Shown: positions 50,273 to 62,983 of the stretch, piece by piece | Layout of the letters: every line of letters begins with the position of its first letter | How positions within the stretch are numbered: position 1 is the first letter of the stretch | Assembly: GCF_902652985.1 (NCBI RefSeq) | Contig: NC_047024.1 | Location: 25,048,001-25,112,000 of the forward strand | Origin: Pecten maximus | Taxonomy: Eukaryota | Length of the DNA stretch: 64,000 bases | Direction: 5' to 3' | Notes under the pieces: generated by a model | Databases searched by the model: none | Seen by the model: only the letters and a program-made list of their open reading frames with translations | Told to the model about the DNA's origin: nothing | Position numbers and translations under genes: made by a program

Positions 50273-53200
50273 ATGCCTTCCAATCCCGATGAACCCTACT
50301 ACTGCTCACAACAAATTAATATCCCTCCATCTCTACCTGATATTCTCAAGCAGTTCACCAAGGCAGCCATTCGCACACAGCCCAAGGATGTCCTTGCTTG
50401 GTCAGCAGCGTAAGTACAAACACAATTTTTCATTGTAACAAATCTACATTTCTGTGACTATAGATATCAGTAGTAAGTGTAATGATACCCCCCAGACAAA
50501 GTCAGGGGGTATACTGGAATCACAGGGGCTCCATTTTGGGATTTTGAGTAACATATGACATATCATAACAACCACAACACAATAAATTCAGCATTCATAT
50601 ACGTTCTGAAACCTTGTAAAAATCAGGGTTATCCAGGTGTATTAGTCGATAAACCCAATTTTTATAAGGTTGCAGAATGTATATGAATACTGAATTTATA
50701 GTGTTGTGGTTGTTAACTGATGTCATATGTATTTCTCAAAGTCCTGAAACAGAGCCCCTGTGACCGGAATTAGGTTATATGTCTCTGTTCATCTGTCCAT
50801 GATACGATTTTGTCAGTGTCTAACATCTGGTATTTAGTTTTTATCCTAACTTTTAGAAAATTTGAATTCACTGATGTAGTCAGCATCCAAAGATATTGAG
50901 TGCCTGCACTTGAATCAGTAATTTTTATGGCAGTTATGCCCCTTTTCCTATGTTTGAAGACGGTTATAATCTTGTCTGGACAAAATTTCTGTGTAGTCAG
51001 CACACATACTCTCAAGTTGTGCACCTCTGCTTGCTGATTTGTTGTGCTATTTTACCCCTTTTTATCATAATTAACAAGTGATTGGGGCAGAGTGGAAATC
51101 AGGGTAGATTGGGAAGCAGGTGCTAAGTCAGCCATCATAGTGACAGTTCAAGTTTCTTACTTGATTTTTTTTGGGATAGACTTCCTCATTCCTGATAGTT
51201 TTGAATTTAAACAATAATTCAGTAAATTGTTTCATGTCTATTTCCCTCTTTCTTGCAGTTATTTCAGGGCCATGTCTAAAGGAGAAACTCCTCCTGTAAA
51301 AGAACGCCTTGAAATGCCAGTGGCCACACAAAAGACAGATACTGGTTTGACGCCGGGTCTTCTCAGAGTTTTGAACAAACAGGTGAAGAAAGAATTCAAG
51401 AAAATCAACTGAAGCAATAGGAAAGCTGTAGGAAAGCTATAGTGTTACTGACTTAACAGTATTTATCAAGAAATTATAGCACTGAAAATATAGGTAGTGT
51501 AGAGTTGGGGAATCAGAAACTCACTACATGTATTTACAAGGTCTGATAAAGCACATAAAGAAGCACACCTAAAAAAAATCAACAAAAAGATTGTCATATT
51601 AAGATAAATGTTGCATTTTTATTGCATTCTGGACAAATTAACAGATGAATTTGGAAGTCAGGTCCACAAAGTTTACCCATCATTCCTGCTTTGATTTAGT
51701 ATTATTTCTGTAATCTGTGAAAGCTATTACATTATGTATACTTTTTACCTGAAAAAAAACCAACAGTGTATGCCTGCTTAAATCAGAAAGATATATATAG
51801 TAATATTTTCTGTAACATTGGGAAGACATTATGACATTTTTCTTCATTTTGGGAAAATAACTCATTTTTTAGCTAGGGGAGGCACCTGTTACTTAGGGCT
51901 CTGTTCTCAACTGTAAAACAGGACAAAAATATCACTCCGACCTAAGGACCTGTAGACAAAATAGTTTACAATAGGTTATTAGATTTACTGTATCAAATTT
52001 GTTCTCGCAAGACAGTGTTTTCTTTTTTGACAGCTGGGACCCAAGAAGACAGTCCCTCTGAGTGTGGTGGAAGAAAAATGGCAAGATGTAGCACTCCCTA
52101 AGGAACAGTTCGATGAGATTGTTAGAATCGGTAGCTTTGGTGGCGATGTGGAATGGAACAAATTCTTCACACTTGCTTGTTCAGCATTAGGGGAGGTAAC
52201 TGATTAACTAGTCTTATTATTCTTTTATCATTGATTTGCAAAGATGGTGTTGTACTCATGTGTATGTATAAGTGATTATGAGTAATGATACATATTTATG
52301 AAGACACTAGTGATTATGAGTAATGATGCATATTTATGAAGACACTAGTGGACCAGTTATATGAAGACCTATCAGGATCAACTGGGTTCCAACCAATTAT
52401 CCTTTCTTATTTGATATATAACTTTTTTTTAGCTTTTTAATGTACTCAGTTTTTTAGCCAATTTTATTAAGATAATAATTCATTTTTTTACATATCTGAT
52501 GTATTTCAGAACTTGACAGATGCAATGAAGCTTGTGTGTGAGATCCTCACAGCAGATCCTGAGGGTGGCCCTGCCCGGATACCTTTCCCCCTATTTAAAG
52601 AGTTATACACATACCTTGCACAGATAGATGGCGACATTTCACAGGGTCACATAGATGATGCTCTCTCCAACCTCAAATACGATGTGTAAGTCATCATGTC
52701 TAAGGATTTTATATTTAGGATATCTATGTGGGCAGCCACTCAGCTGGTTAGTTTTATAATCAAATTTATTGTGGTGTAAATAATCAAAAATAGTCAAACA
52801 ACACCAGGTAAATGAAATTTTTATTTATAATCAATTCAATTTAATGCATGATAATAATGACATAAGTAATTTGTTGGTAATGCATATATATACAAACATA
52901 CATATTGGTTCAATGCAATAGTATATTAAAGTAGAGTATTAGATTATACTGCGTGTGGATGCAAGCCCACTCTTCTCAGTTCTAATGACTTTTACCAATA
53001 GACAAATTCTTTGTATAATCTAAAATTTATCAGCTGACAAAATGGCAATAACATTTCCTTTTAAATGAATGTTATATTTATTTGACCACATTCTAGTTGA
53101 GTTCGAAGTCATGCTCAAAGAATCTAAACTTAGTATATCATTCTCTCGGATTGAAGTCGCTAATGCTATTTAAGCATTGATATCATTTTTTTTTAGTTTC

Positions 53201-53839
53201 ATTGGGGTATGAAAAAAAATGTATTTGCAATGGATTCTTACAAAATTTTGTAAACAAATTTTTTTTCATACCCCTATGAAACTAAAAAATAATTGACATC
53301 AACGCTTATAATTAATTTTTGAAATTGATTTTCAAAATTAAATCTTGTTTTATGTACAAACTGAACTGATCTTATAAGGGTTTCTTTTTCACAAATCAAT
53401 ACCCAATGTCAATGGCTGTCTTGTGACGTCACATATTTTGTGCCATTTTCGGATTTTTTTCATAGAGGTATGAAAAAATCAGAATGCCGCATTCTGCCTA
53501 CAAACAATGGACAATTAATTATATATACATTGTATATGGTTCCAGTTGATATTTTTGCTTCAATATATGCCAGGCTAAATTTGAGAGGAGTGTTATGATA
53601 TGGCATTGTCTGTCTTACATTGGTTTAAATTTATCAATTGACTTTTGTCAATGTCTCAATCAAGTTAGATGATTGCCAGAGGAGCTTTTTTCTATTATTA
53701 GTATAATTGCATAGAGAGAAATTAAGATTTATCAATTCTCTTACTTTCTTTTTACAGGGAAAAGCAAGATGGATACATCCAGCCTAGAAATTTCCTTAGC
53801 CCAGAAGGACCAAAGTTATCAATGCCAACCTCATCCTAG
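50273..53839 (+). CDS. ROPN1L: Ropporin-1-like protein (RIIa docking/dimerization domain; AKAP-associated, radial spoke RSP11 homolog), 226 aa, 5 coding exons
   Basis: Exons 50273-50409, 51259-51382, 52034-52195, 52510-52685 and 53758-53839 (681 nt, phases consistent). Motifs [52 protein letters not shown] and CEILTADPEGGPARIPF. Confidence 0.97.
50520..50763. mobile_element. Fold-back MITE (imperfect palindrome of about 240 bp) nested in an older repeat in a ROPN1L intron
   Basis: TCACAGGGGCTC / GAGCCCCTGTGA ends. The arms ACATATGACAT..ACAACCACAACAC.ATAAATTCAG.ATTCATATAC pair across the whole element. Confidence 0.8.
53168..53480. mobile_element. Palindromic non-autonomous DNA element in the last ROPN1L intron
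   Basis: TTTAGTTTCAT.GGGGTATGAAAAAAA / TTTTTTTCATACCCC.ATGAAACTAAA, plus a distal TTTTTCATAGAGGTATGAAAAA. Confidence 0.7.
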
Positions 53840-56589
53840 GGTTAAAACTTTTGTATAACTCTCTGAACGTATCAAATCACTACCTGGAACATCATTCTAC
53901 ATTAAAATCTGCCACATATACATTGATAGAGGACCGCTACAGCAACATTATCATTGTACCGAACTGAAACCAGTCAAACCAAAATGTGGCTGTGCATGAA
54001 ACCTACAGTGCTGAATAGTTAATGTGCTTGTTGTTTCTGTTCCCTTAAATCCTGCTGAATTTTTCATTAGACTGAAAGAACTTTATATGTATAATCTAAT
54101 GAGAGCAGAACAATGCTTGTTAGTGAAATTATTGTTCATAATGCAAAACTAAATTTAATATTTTGATAAAACAACTTGTCATTATCTGAAGTCTGCAAAT
54201 GATAATTTTGTTTTATTATTTATTATCATTTATGTATATATTCCTTTAGGTAAAAGAAATAATTTTGTTTTTGTTACTATAATGATTAGTTACATCCTTA
54301 AGGAAAAGGACAATATTTTCAGATAATACAAATATTTTTCTTGATTATCTTTCAATTATTCCAGTGATATGTAATTTTATTTTTACACTCCTCAAGATTG
54401 GAAGCATTTAAAATTTTCAATCAAGTTCTTGAAAAAATAAATGTTTAACCTTCTCACAATATAGAAGTTGTTTAAGAAGCTCCCATACACTTAAGAGTTT
54501 ATCCTATATCCCAGTCATAACTATTTCATCAATACTGTTGAGTATACATATTGTATTTTAGAGTATATAATAGTTGAATGCCTTAAATGACTTAACTTAT
54601 ATTTCAAATTATATTTCAGAATTTCTGTCTCACTGCTGAAAAAGTTCAGGTTCTCAGATTAAACTGTTCTAAATATTCCTTTTTTTATCAGATATTTATA
54701 TTATAGAAATCGAAAGCTGATAGAAAGGATTTAATATATTTTCATGCAATAATTATTCTTAAACTCAAGGTTTTCACTTGTTCTGTACATGTCTGTATTA
54801 AATTTATGATGATGTAATTAAACCTTCTAATGAGATCATCTTTGTTTTTATCTTATTTATTTTATCAGCTTGTATAATTATTTTTCTTTAAATAACTTTT
54901 CTGAATAACGAAGAGGCCCAGGATCATATTTTTTGTGAGTAATATACTGGGATAATTGAATGATGAAATGTTTGTTCAAATGAATACCTTGACAAACTTT
55001 CAAGGTCATTAGATTAAAATTTGTTAAAATCTTTAAAAATTCTTTTGAATAACTCTAAAAGGCCTTGGTTTGTTTTATTAGGTCAGTGATGTGCTAAAAA
55101 TAAAGGTTATCATGTTTGTCAAGGTCACAGTGGAGAAAGAAATTGAAATTCCAATAACCATACATACTGGAATGTGCTGGCCAATCTTTGAACATAGTCT
55201 TTATTCATAATATGTAGGATGATAACATCGTCTGGGACTGATCCTGATGAGTTCGATAAAAATCATAAAAGGTCAGCAGCAAGTGAACTATACAGACCCA
55301 TTGGACCACTTGTGAAACCAAACTGGCAGTCTTGAATTTGGTCTTGGAGTATTTTCTATCTAATCTAATCTAGTAGCCAATTGGCTGCTTAGAAAACTTC
55401 AAAGTATGTATTCAAGGGAGATAACTTACGCAAATCTAAAATAAATACATGTAAAATTGTAAACACCATATTGATGAATCGAGGCGAGTTTTCTATATCA
55501 TACCCTTTTATAGACATTTTATAAGGAAGGCATGGTGTAGTTCCATCCACCCTTTCCAGATTTCATCACTATGTCAATGAATTTCAGTTTTTATCAAACT
55601 GTAGGAATATACATTTCTGGGTGCTAAAATCACGCGGATACTTAACTGTTTTTGGTTTCATAATTCTGGAGTTTATGAATATATATCCCCACTGACTTTA
55701 ATTCAACTTATACTGTGTACAAAATGTAAGTACGAGGGTACATGTACCTTTGACAAGCCCGTGTCTCGTTATCAAGAGGGCAATGCCGCATGGTCAAATC
55801 CAGGTCAAGAATTTTCGTATTTTATATATTAAGTATTATAAAATGTATAAGTCTAGGTGGGATCTGACTATGGCTTTACTTATTGATGTTAAAATCTCAA
55901 CTATTGCAATTTAATAACACAACAAAGGCAAAGTCAATTTCAAAGGACTATATTGAAACTCTGTTGTTACGATTTACTTTATTGTCTTTCACATTTATGC
56001 TACCTGGAACAGGTAAACCAGGAGAGGATAGTCTACACATAGTAAATACGCTCTACTACATTTGTATAAGTATAACACGCAATCATGATTATATTGCGTG
56101 TTAATGTCAAATCAATATTTGTATTGGTAAACTTTTGCGTATCTTGTGTCTGGGTCGTATGAAACATCCCGATCGACGCGGGAAATGACGTACATTATAC
56201 ATTACACTGTATGTATTTATAACCACATTTGATATTATAACATAATATATGTATAATTACAGGATTAAGTTCCACAACATAAAAACAGGTTTTACAATAC
56301 AAGTCACAAGATTGAGCACACAAAGCGAAAGTTTTACAACATGAATTGATACCAATCGCATTTTTTACGTAACCTTATATCACGGCAAAACATAAGATCC
56401 AAGTTTTACATGCCATAGTCTAATTATATACAAGTACAAATAATGTTTGATTTCATGAACAGATGATACTTTACACATTCGAGTATGTCTGTATTAGCGA
56501 TAGATTTTAATTAATAACTATTACTCTAGAAACTGTAACAGCAAGCATTATATTTCCTGCACACATATGGCATTATTCTACGTACTACC

Positions 56590-56694
56590 CGAAAAATGGC
56601 GGGTGATTAACACACGTTGACGTCATATTGATATCATGACGTCACAAATTCTTTGGTCGGTTCCGCGTTGAAGGCGACATCAAAATGGCGGCGG
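56590..56694 (+). promoter_or_regulatory. Proximal promoter with two full CRE palindromes and two YY1-like AAAATGGCGG motifs
   Basis: TGACGTCA at 56618-56625 and 56637-56644. AAAATGGCGG at about 56593 and overlapping the ATG at 56682-56691. Confidence 0.55.
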
Positions 56695-59600
56695 AAACTG
56701 TGGACTTCGATTCTTCCTTCGATAACGAACATAGGGAAGATGAAATAGATCGAATGGTTGGCGATGTTTTGGATGACTCGTTCGAAGAAATTCCAGAGGC
56801 AACGGACGAATTTTGGAAGCCTGTCATAAGCACAAGTACAAATATGAGCAGACAACATACTGTTGACATTCCCAAAGAATTGTCATTGGACTCGGAGAAT
56901 GGTGGGAAACACTGTGAGTATCCACTCCCGGTTCATTCTGGAATTGATAATAACTGTAGCTGTTTTGACGAAGGAGTCCAATTATTACGACGTTCTAGAA
57001 GCGAAGACATTCTTTGCAAGAACCAGGAAGGCACTCAACCAGCATATTATGAATCCTTTCCTATGCACCAGAACTATATGACAACGCCAGATAAGGAGTC
57101 AAACCTTGCGGATTCATTACACTCGGTTGAACTTGATGACAATATACCAAATGACAATTTTTTGTTAGGCGATAAAGGATTTAAAAGTTTCTTTGACGAA
57201 TATGATAAGAAACTTGATTGTCTTGAAACAAAACACACTGCTATTGATGACTCTTTCAGTGGTATGCAGTCAATTTTAATGGAATTTGAGAACTTTGTGT
57301 CATTCATCGAACATCAGTACGAAAGTTTTGGAAATACCGATACATGTACGAGAGAAGCCGGCCCCTGTGTAGATGACGCTACTGTAGAAATTGAAAGCAA
57401 GATAACGGAAAGTGATACCGATAAATCGCAAGAAGAAGAAATCTGTAATGCTGATGTAAAACAGGCGCCTATTGAGAAAGATTGTGTTCATATAGATATT
57501 GACAGAGATGACTTTGACAAATACAAGCAAGAAACCGACATTGACAAGTGTGTCAATACCTCCGACAGGGAATATATTTCTGCTGAAAATGATGATAAAA
57601 CTACTGAGGAAACAGAAGACAATGTCACACATTCAGACAAACAAAAAGAAGAATCAGCCCAGGAACATGTTGGTGAAGTGGAGAAAAAAGAATGTAACGA
57701 AGAAGGACAAAAGGAAAAGACAGAATGTGACGAGTACTTGCAGGAACATGATTATGAGGACAATACCAAATGTAATCTGGCTGTGGATATGCGGTCGTTT
57801 TTGGTGTGTTTGAATTCAACACTGCAGGATATGTTCTCCCGATTCCAGGAATTTGTAAATGAAGTTGGAGGTAAAAAGATATTGGCGTTTATCAAATTTA
57901 TATATCTAATCAAATAAAATGTCCCGACAGGTGTTATAGAAATAAAATTAAATTGCCATGACATCGTCATTATTCATACTCTTACCAAAATATCATCAAA
58001 ATGATGTTGTGAAAATTCATGTAGTATATAACCTTTTGAATTTTCGTGTTTAAACGGCAACGGAAACATATAAAAATAAACTTGATACCAGTATCATTCA
58101 ACGTTCAATTTTTTTTAAATCAGTTTATCAACAAATTCAGGATAATTCTTTGAATAAAACGTTTGAATGGTAAGTCTAGAATATGTCGCAGAGTTATAGA
58201 TTGTGCATATAATGAATCGGTGATATCAATGACTCTATAAGTGATATCACTAATTAATTACGGGGATATCACGTGATCGTTTCATTGGTATTGATCACTT
58301 AAATTGAATGAAAAGTGAAATGGCGCCTAGTTGGTTAAATCCTGCATGTTTTAAAAAGCTGTTACAGAAAAAAAGTTAATGCGAATTATTTACATTATTC
58401 GTTCAATTATGATACTTTATTGAATCCTGGTAAAATATCAATAGAGAGTTGTGGAATTATAATAAACCGAAAACCAACGGATCGAATCACTACAGCCCTA
58501 AATTTTTGCCTGGAGTTATCGTTCTTTACGGTAACTCGAATAGTTGGTAACTTACTCCCAACCCACCCCCAGCAAACCCCGGGCTCCTCATGTGCCCCAT
58601 GTGCATACAATGTTGACGTAGCCTATGATATTGTAGTCGCAAGGTTAATAATTATTAATGTGACCTCAATTCATTCAGCGTAGCTGAGAGGGATCTAAAT
58701 TGAATGACGTCACGTCAACAAATTATTGAAGTAACCTTAACATTGTTATTTTAAAACTGCGTTCAGAATTCTGTCATCATCATTGACTCTTCTCGTCCTA
58801 CCCGTCACGTCTAAACCGTTCCCAGAATGACGTGGGTCTGGGGATACAGAAATATATTATGATACGTAAAGTGACGTCATAATATGAAACATTTAATATC
58901 CAGTCCATCATTTCATGTGGCTGATATTGAGGGTTTTGGGGTGATGTTAGATATCTCGACAAAAACACGGCAATCCTTACGAAGTTGGTGCTGAATAGCG
59001 ATTGACAATAATAAAGAGTCGTTCTTAGAATAAGGGTCAAATACAACACGATGTTTAAACGATTTTGTGAGGCCACAAGATTACTTCTTTTTTATGTTTC
59101 GTCTACTTAATTTCGGATTGATTCAAACCAACAAAAGATATAAAATATAATCAGTATAATAATATTGCCTAAGTTTTAAGTTTTAATTTTGAATCGCAAT
59201 TTGAAAAAAAAAATCGACATTACAGAAGCAAAATCGATAATCGTGAAAAGTTGTAATCAATGTTTCGGATTTTTGATACCTGTAGGTCAATGATTATAGG
59301 TTAACATCCAGCAGAACAAACTTAGTTGTTAAACATCTTTTTAAACGCAGCTCTTTTTATTGTAAAAAGTATTTTTAAAATGTACAAAAAATAAAAAATT
59401 CTAAGCTGATTTTTCTGTATATAGCGGAATATTTAAGGAACAATTCGGCCACGAAGATCAAATTCATTACCAATTTTGAAAATTGAATGCTTTAATCTTT
59501 GTTTTCAATGCAGAAACCGTTCACTTGGGAGCCTTAGCAACTCAACACTCACAACGAATGGATTCATGGGCATCCCACGTGCAGCGTCTCTACAACTCAC

Positions 59601-62600
59601 TGAAAACTGACCACAACAATATGCAGGTCAGAAAACAAATGTAAAGGGTTATCCCCTTGATCCTTCATTCTTTGGGCTCCAGTTTACAGAAGCTAAAAAA
59701 ACTTCCTCAGCTAAGATTCTTTTCCATAAATCCAACAATACGTTCTTATATATTTTTTATTAACAATATGAAAATTTAGAATTACTGGTCTTTCAAATGA
59801 AAATTTAAAAAAAAAATGAAAGAAAATGTTTCTGAATTGCTTTATTAACCGTGTAAACGTATGTTTGATTACCAGGAATACATAGAACAGAAGGAGAAGG
59901 ATTGGATCAAAGTTAGGAGTCAGTTACATTCTGAATTGGAGACCCAGGGCCGCCAGGTACACGAGGTCATCACCGCCCTCAAACAGCACGAGGACGTCCG
60001 GCGGAAGAGTGAACGCATTCTGAGCAAGAGAGGTAGGTATGCTTGTTTATTTGCTGTGTTTATCACAGGGTCATTTTGAGGCGGGGTCTCCTTGTAGTAG
60101 TTGGCGACTAGCTCATTGATTAATAGCGGGAGGCCCGTGGCATGCCATCAAGAGCAATTATGGTAAAGTGTCTTGCCCAAGGACACAACCACGACAGCAT
60201 AAACCGGACCGTTTCTCAGCTTTCCGAGAAACACAAACTGACACGGGTAGGGAGCTTCGAACCACGCACCTCGGATCTTTAGCCGGGGTTACGTGGTCGG
60301 CACTCTAACTGATTGAGCTACTGTGGCCGAAAGCAAGGGAGGTAATATGGACTAAGTCACATGGTCCAAGGTTTGGGGAATAGGGCAAGTGGTCATACAC
60401 AGGGACTTGTCACGAATTTCCATACCACGGTCCATACATGTACTATATTGTAATATAATGTATGTTAATGTAAGAAACAAAGGAAAATTTCTTGAGCACG
60501 AATTATTCGTTAAGAAACCTTAACATAGGTTCGTTTTTCAAATTTTGTCTCATATTCAAATGTTATGTCACTGGTCAGAAAGTCATGCCCAAGTTTCTCA
60601 ATTCTTAAGTTATTAGTGGTTGTAAATTTGTGATGTGCCTTAATTGCCACTGTACTATTTCATTTCTTGCTCATGCGGGAGCCGTGTAGTGACATTATTT
60701 ATTGAATGACCTGAGTATAAAGTACTGTAATTCCACGATACCAGTGAGTGTAGAGTGTAGAGATCCTTTACAACGCTAACTTCGGCTGATTCCGGTACTC
60801 TGATGTACATCGTAGGCACGGACTTCGCCGAGATGTGACGAATGTGACTCAATACTAAATACATGTAGGATATGCCTAATTATCGCAGGATCCAATTAAG
60901 AATCGGGATTAGATTTGTTACTTGATTGTTTTCTTAAGACAATGGTTGAAAGGATGTTAAACCACTTAAATTACAGCTTATTGTCATATAGGTACATTTG
61001 AGAAAGAACCACAGGAATAAGGGAATGATTCGTGCACTGTGGCACTTGTTAAACTTAAAAAGAAAAAAAGAAAATCATGCGGCATAACGTGAAGAAGGAA
61101 AAGTCATTACTACCTATATTCATATCTTTATAAAAAATAATACTAAATCCACAAGTGTACTGAATGTTCAGATATTCATCACGTGATCATGAGGTTATGT
61201 TCCTCCACGAAAGACACGAGGAAGATTCTTTTTATATTTTGTTTATTTCACTTATGTCACTTTAGTTAAGTAAGTACTGACGTCGCTGATCTACCTGAAG
61301 TGGAACGGTTTCTATGACTATCGCAAATACAGTAGCAACTACAACTCAAAATAGCATTATCCGGTTCCACGCAGTATGCTGATCAATATCGTGGTAAATG
61401 TTACTCTCTCGCTAATGTAAAGATTTAATTAGACTAATAACACGACAAATGTTTAATTTTTGTTACACGAATATGTTACACATATACTTTTTTTCAACAT
61501 CATTGCCTAAATGGCTGTTTTTGTGTTTGTTTAAACACAGGCGTCTGCTTCTAGTTAATACAAGTAAGAAAAAAAAATAGCCCATACTCCTCCTATATCA
61601 ACAAGGTTGCTATAATAGGGAGTAGGGGCTAACATTTTTTTTCTATAAATATTAACCAGAAACAGACGCCTGTGGTTTAAACGTCCTCACCACAGCCAGG
61701 GTCATATAAGGAGGAGGTAGGACTGGCTGTCATTTCTTGACTAATTGCTATAGATGCTTTCTTACGAATGATTTTTCTTAATTAAAAAAATAATTAATAA
61801 AAAAAAGAGTAAATATAAAACAGTCCTTAGCCAATAATTTTCAAGATTTTAAAAGATGTTTTTTCTTAAATAATTTACAAAATTCGCCATTGATACCTGT
61901 TTATAAAACCTAAAATCCATCCCTTATCTTAACAAGATAACATAACTCTACACAATATTTTAATACAATAGGTAGGCGATTTTCTTTTTTTGAAAAGGGG
62001 TAACTTTTAATTAACAAAAACTGCGTCATCATAATGCTTGGTTGATAAAGGATATAAATAAAGACTGAACACAAGCGCTGGAAAGGCTTGAATTCTACAT
62101 CAGCTATATAACAACAGCCCCATACGTAAATACCAGTCAATGAATCATTCAACGGAACGATACAAAGACCACTCACACGAAGACACTGTGTAAACATTGA
62201 CGTTAATTGCATGTTCTTTATCCTGATAACATCACTGTAACAAAAATAGTAAAAAAGCGCTGTATAAGTTGTCTACCAGGAAAGATCAAGGGATATATGT
62301 ATATATATATTTGCTCTATCTTATTCTTAATCTGTGTCGTTAGTGTTTCGGCCCTCCAGGATCGAGTGTGGTTTACCGACGTTTTTTTGTTGGGGTCACT
62401 GAAGAAACCCATGAATAAGGATGCGACTTAAAAAAAATGCAGGATGCGACTTAAAAATGCACCCCCCTCCTAACCCCTAACCCCCCTCCCAGGAAGAATC
62501 GATGATTTCTTCTCTTCTCCTTGAATTCTTCTCAGGGGACAAAGCGGAGATCGCAACTGACCTGCAGCTACTCCCATGCTCCCAATACCACAATGGATAT

Positions 62601-62983
62601 CTCTTTGGCTTTTCCTTTCTTTCTTTTCTTCTATTTCTTCCCGGGTTTTGTTTGTTATAATTTGATGGAGTCTCACTGGTCGCCCGTCTTTATTCACGCA
62701 TTGAACTGCTGTTAATTGGAAGCTATGAATGCCAGCTAGACAAATGCAAATTTAATGAAGCGCGCTAGCTGCAGTATAAATTCAAATATAAAACCACGAA
62801 ACAAACATACGTTTTGCCACTAAGCTAAAAGTTATCATTTTTGCAGTTGGTGATAGACTTCTCCGAAAGTCCGAACTCGTTAAAACCCTGGACAAGGTAG
62901 ACAATAATTTGGTGGATATTCTTCAGAAAAGGCGATGTGACCAGGAACATGCGATGGCACTTGATTTCTCCAGACAGCTGAAG
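56685..62983 (+). CDS. Unidentified protein with an acidic, probably disordered N-terminus followed by predicted coiled coil; 3'-incomplete
   Basis: Phase-consistent exons 56685-57870, 59514-59626 (ETVHLGALATQHSQRMDSWASHVQRLYNSLKTDHNNMQ), 59876-60032 (EYIEQKEKDWIKVRSQLHSELE...) and 62847-62983 (GDRLLRKSELVKTLDKVDNNLVDILQKRR...). No stop is reached within the window. Confidence 0.8.
60075..60330 (-). mobile_element. tRNA-derived SINE with a conserved central domain (GTGTCCTTGGGCAAGACACTT)
   Basis: The minus strand has an A-box TAGCTCAATCAGTTAGAGTG, a B-box-like GGTTCGAAGCTCC and the CORE-like CCTTGGGCAAG motif. Confidence 0.75.
61536..61673. mobile_element. Palindromic MITE (same family as 24787-24921)
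   Basis: CACAGGCGTCTGCTTCTAG ... CCAGAAACAGACGCCTGTG. Confidence 0.8.

Noticed and set aside
57074-57970. Several antisense and alternative-frame ORFs over the acidic exon
   Set aside because: Shadow ORFs of a compositionally biased coding exon.
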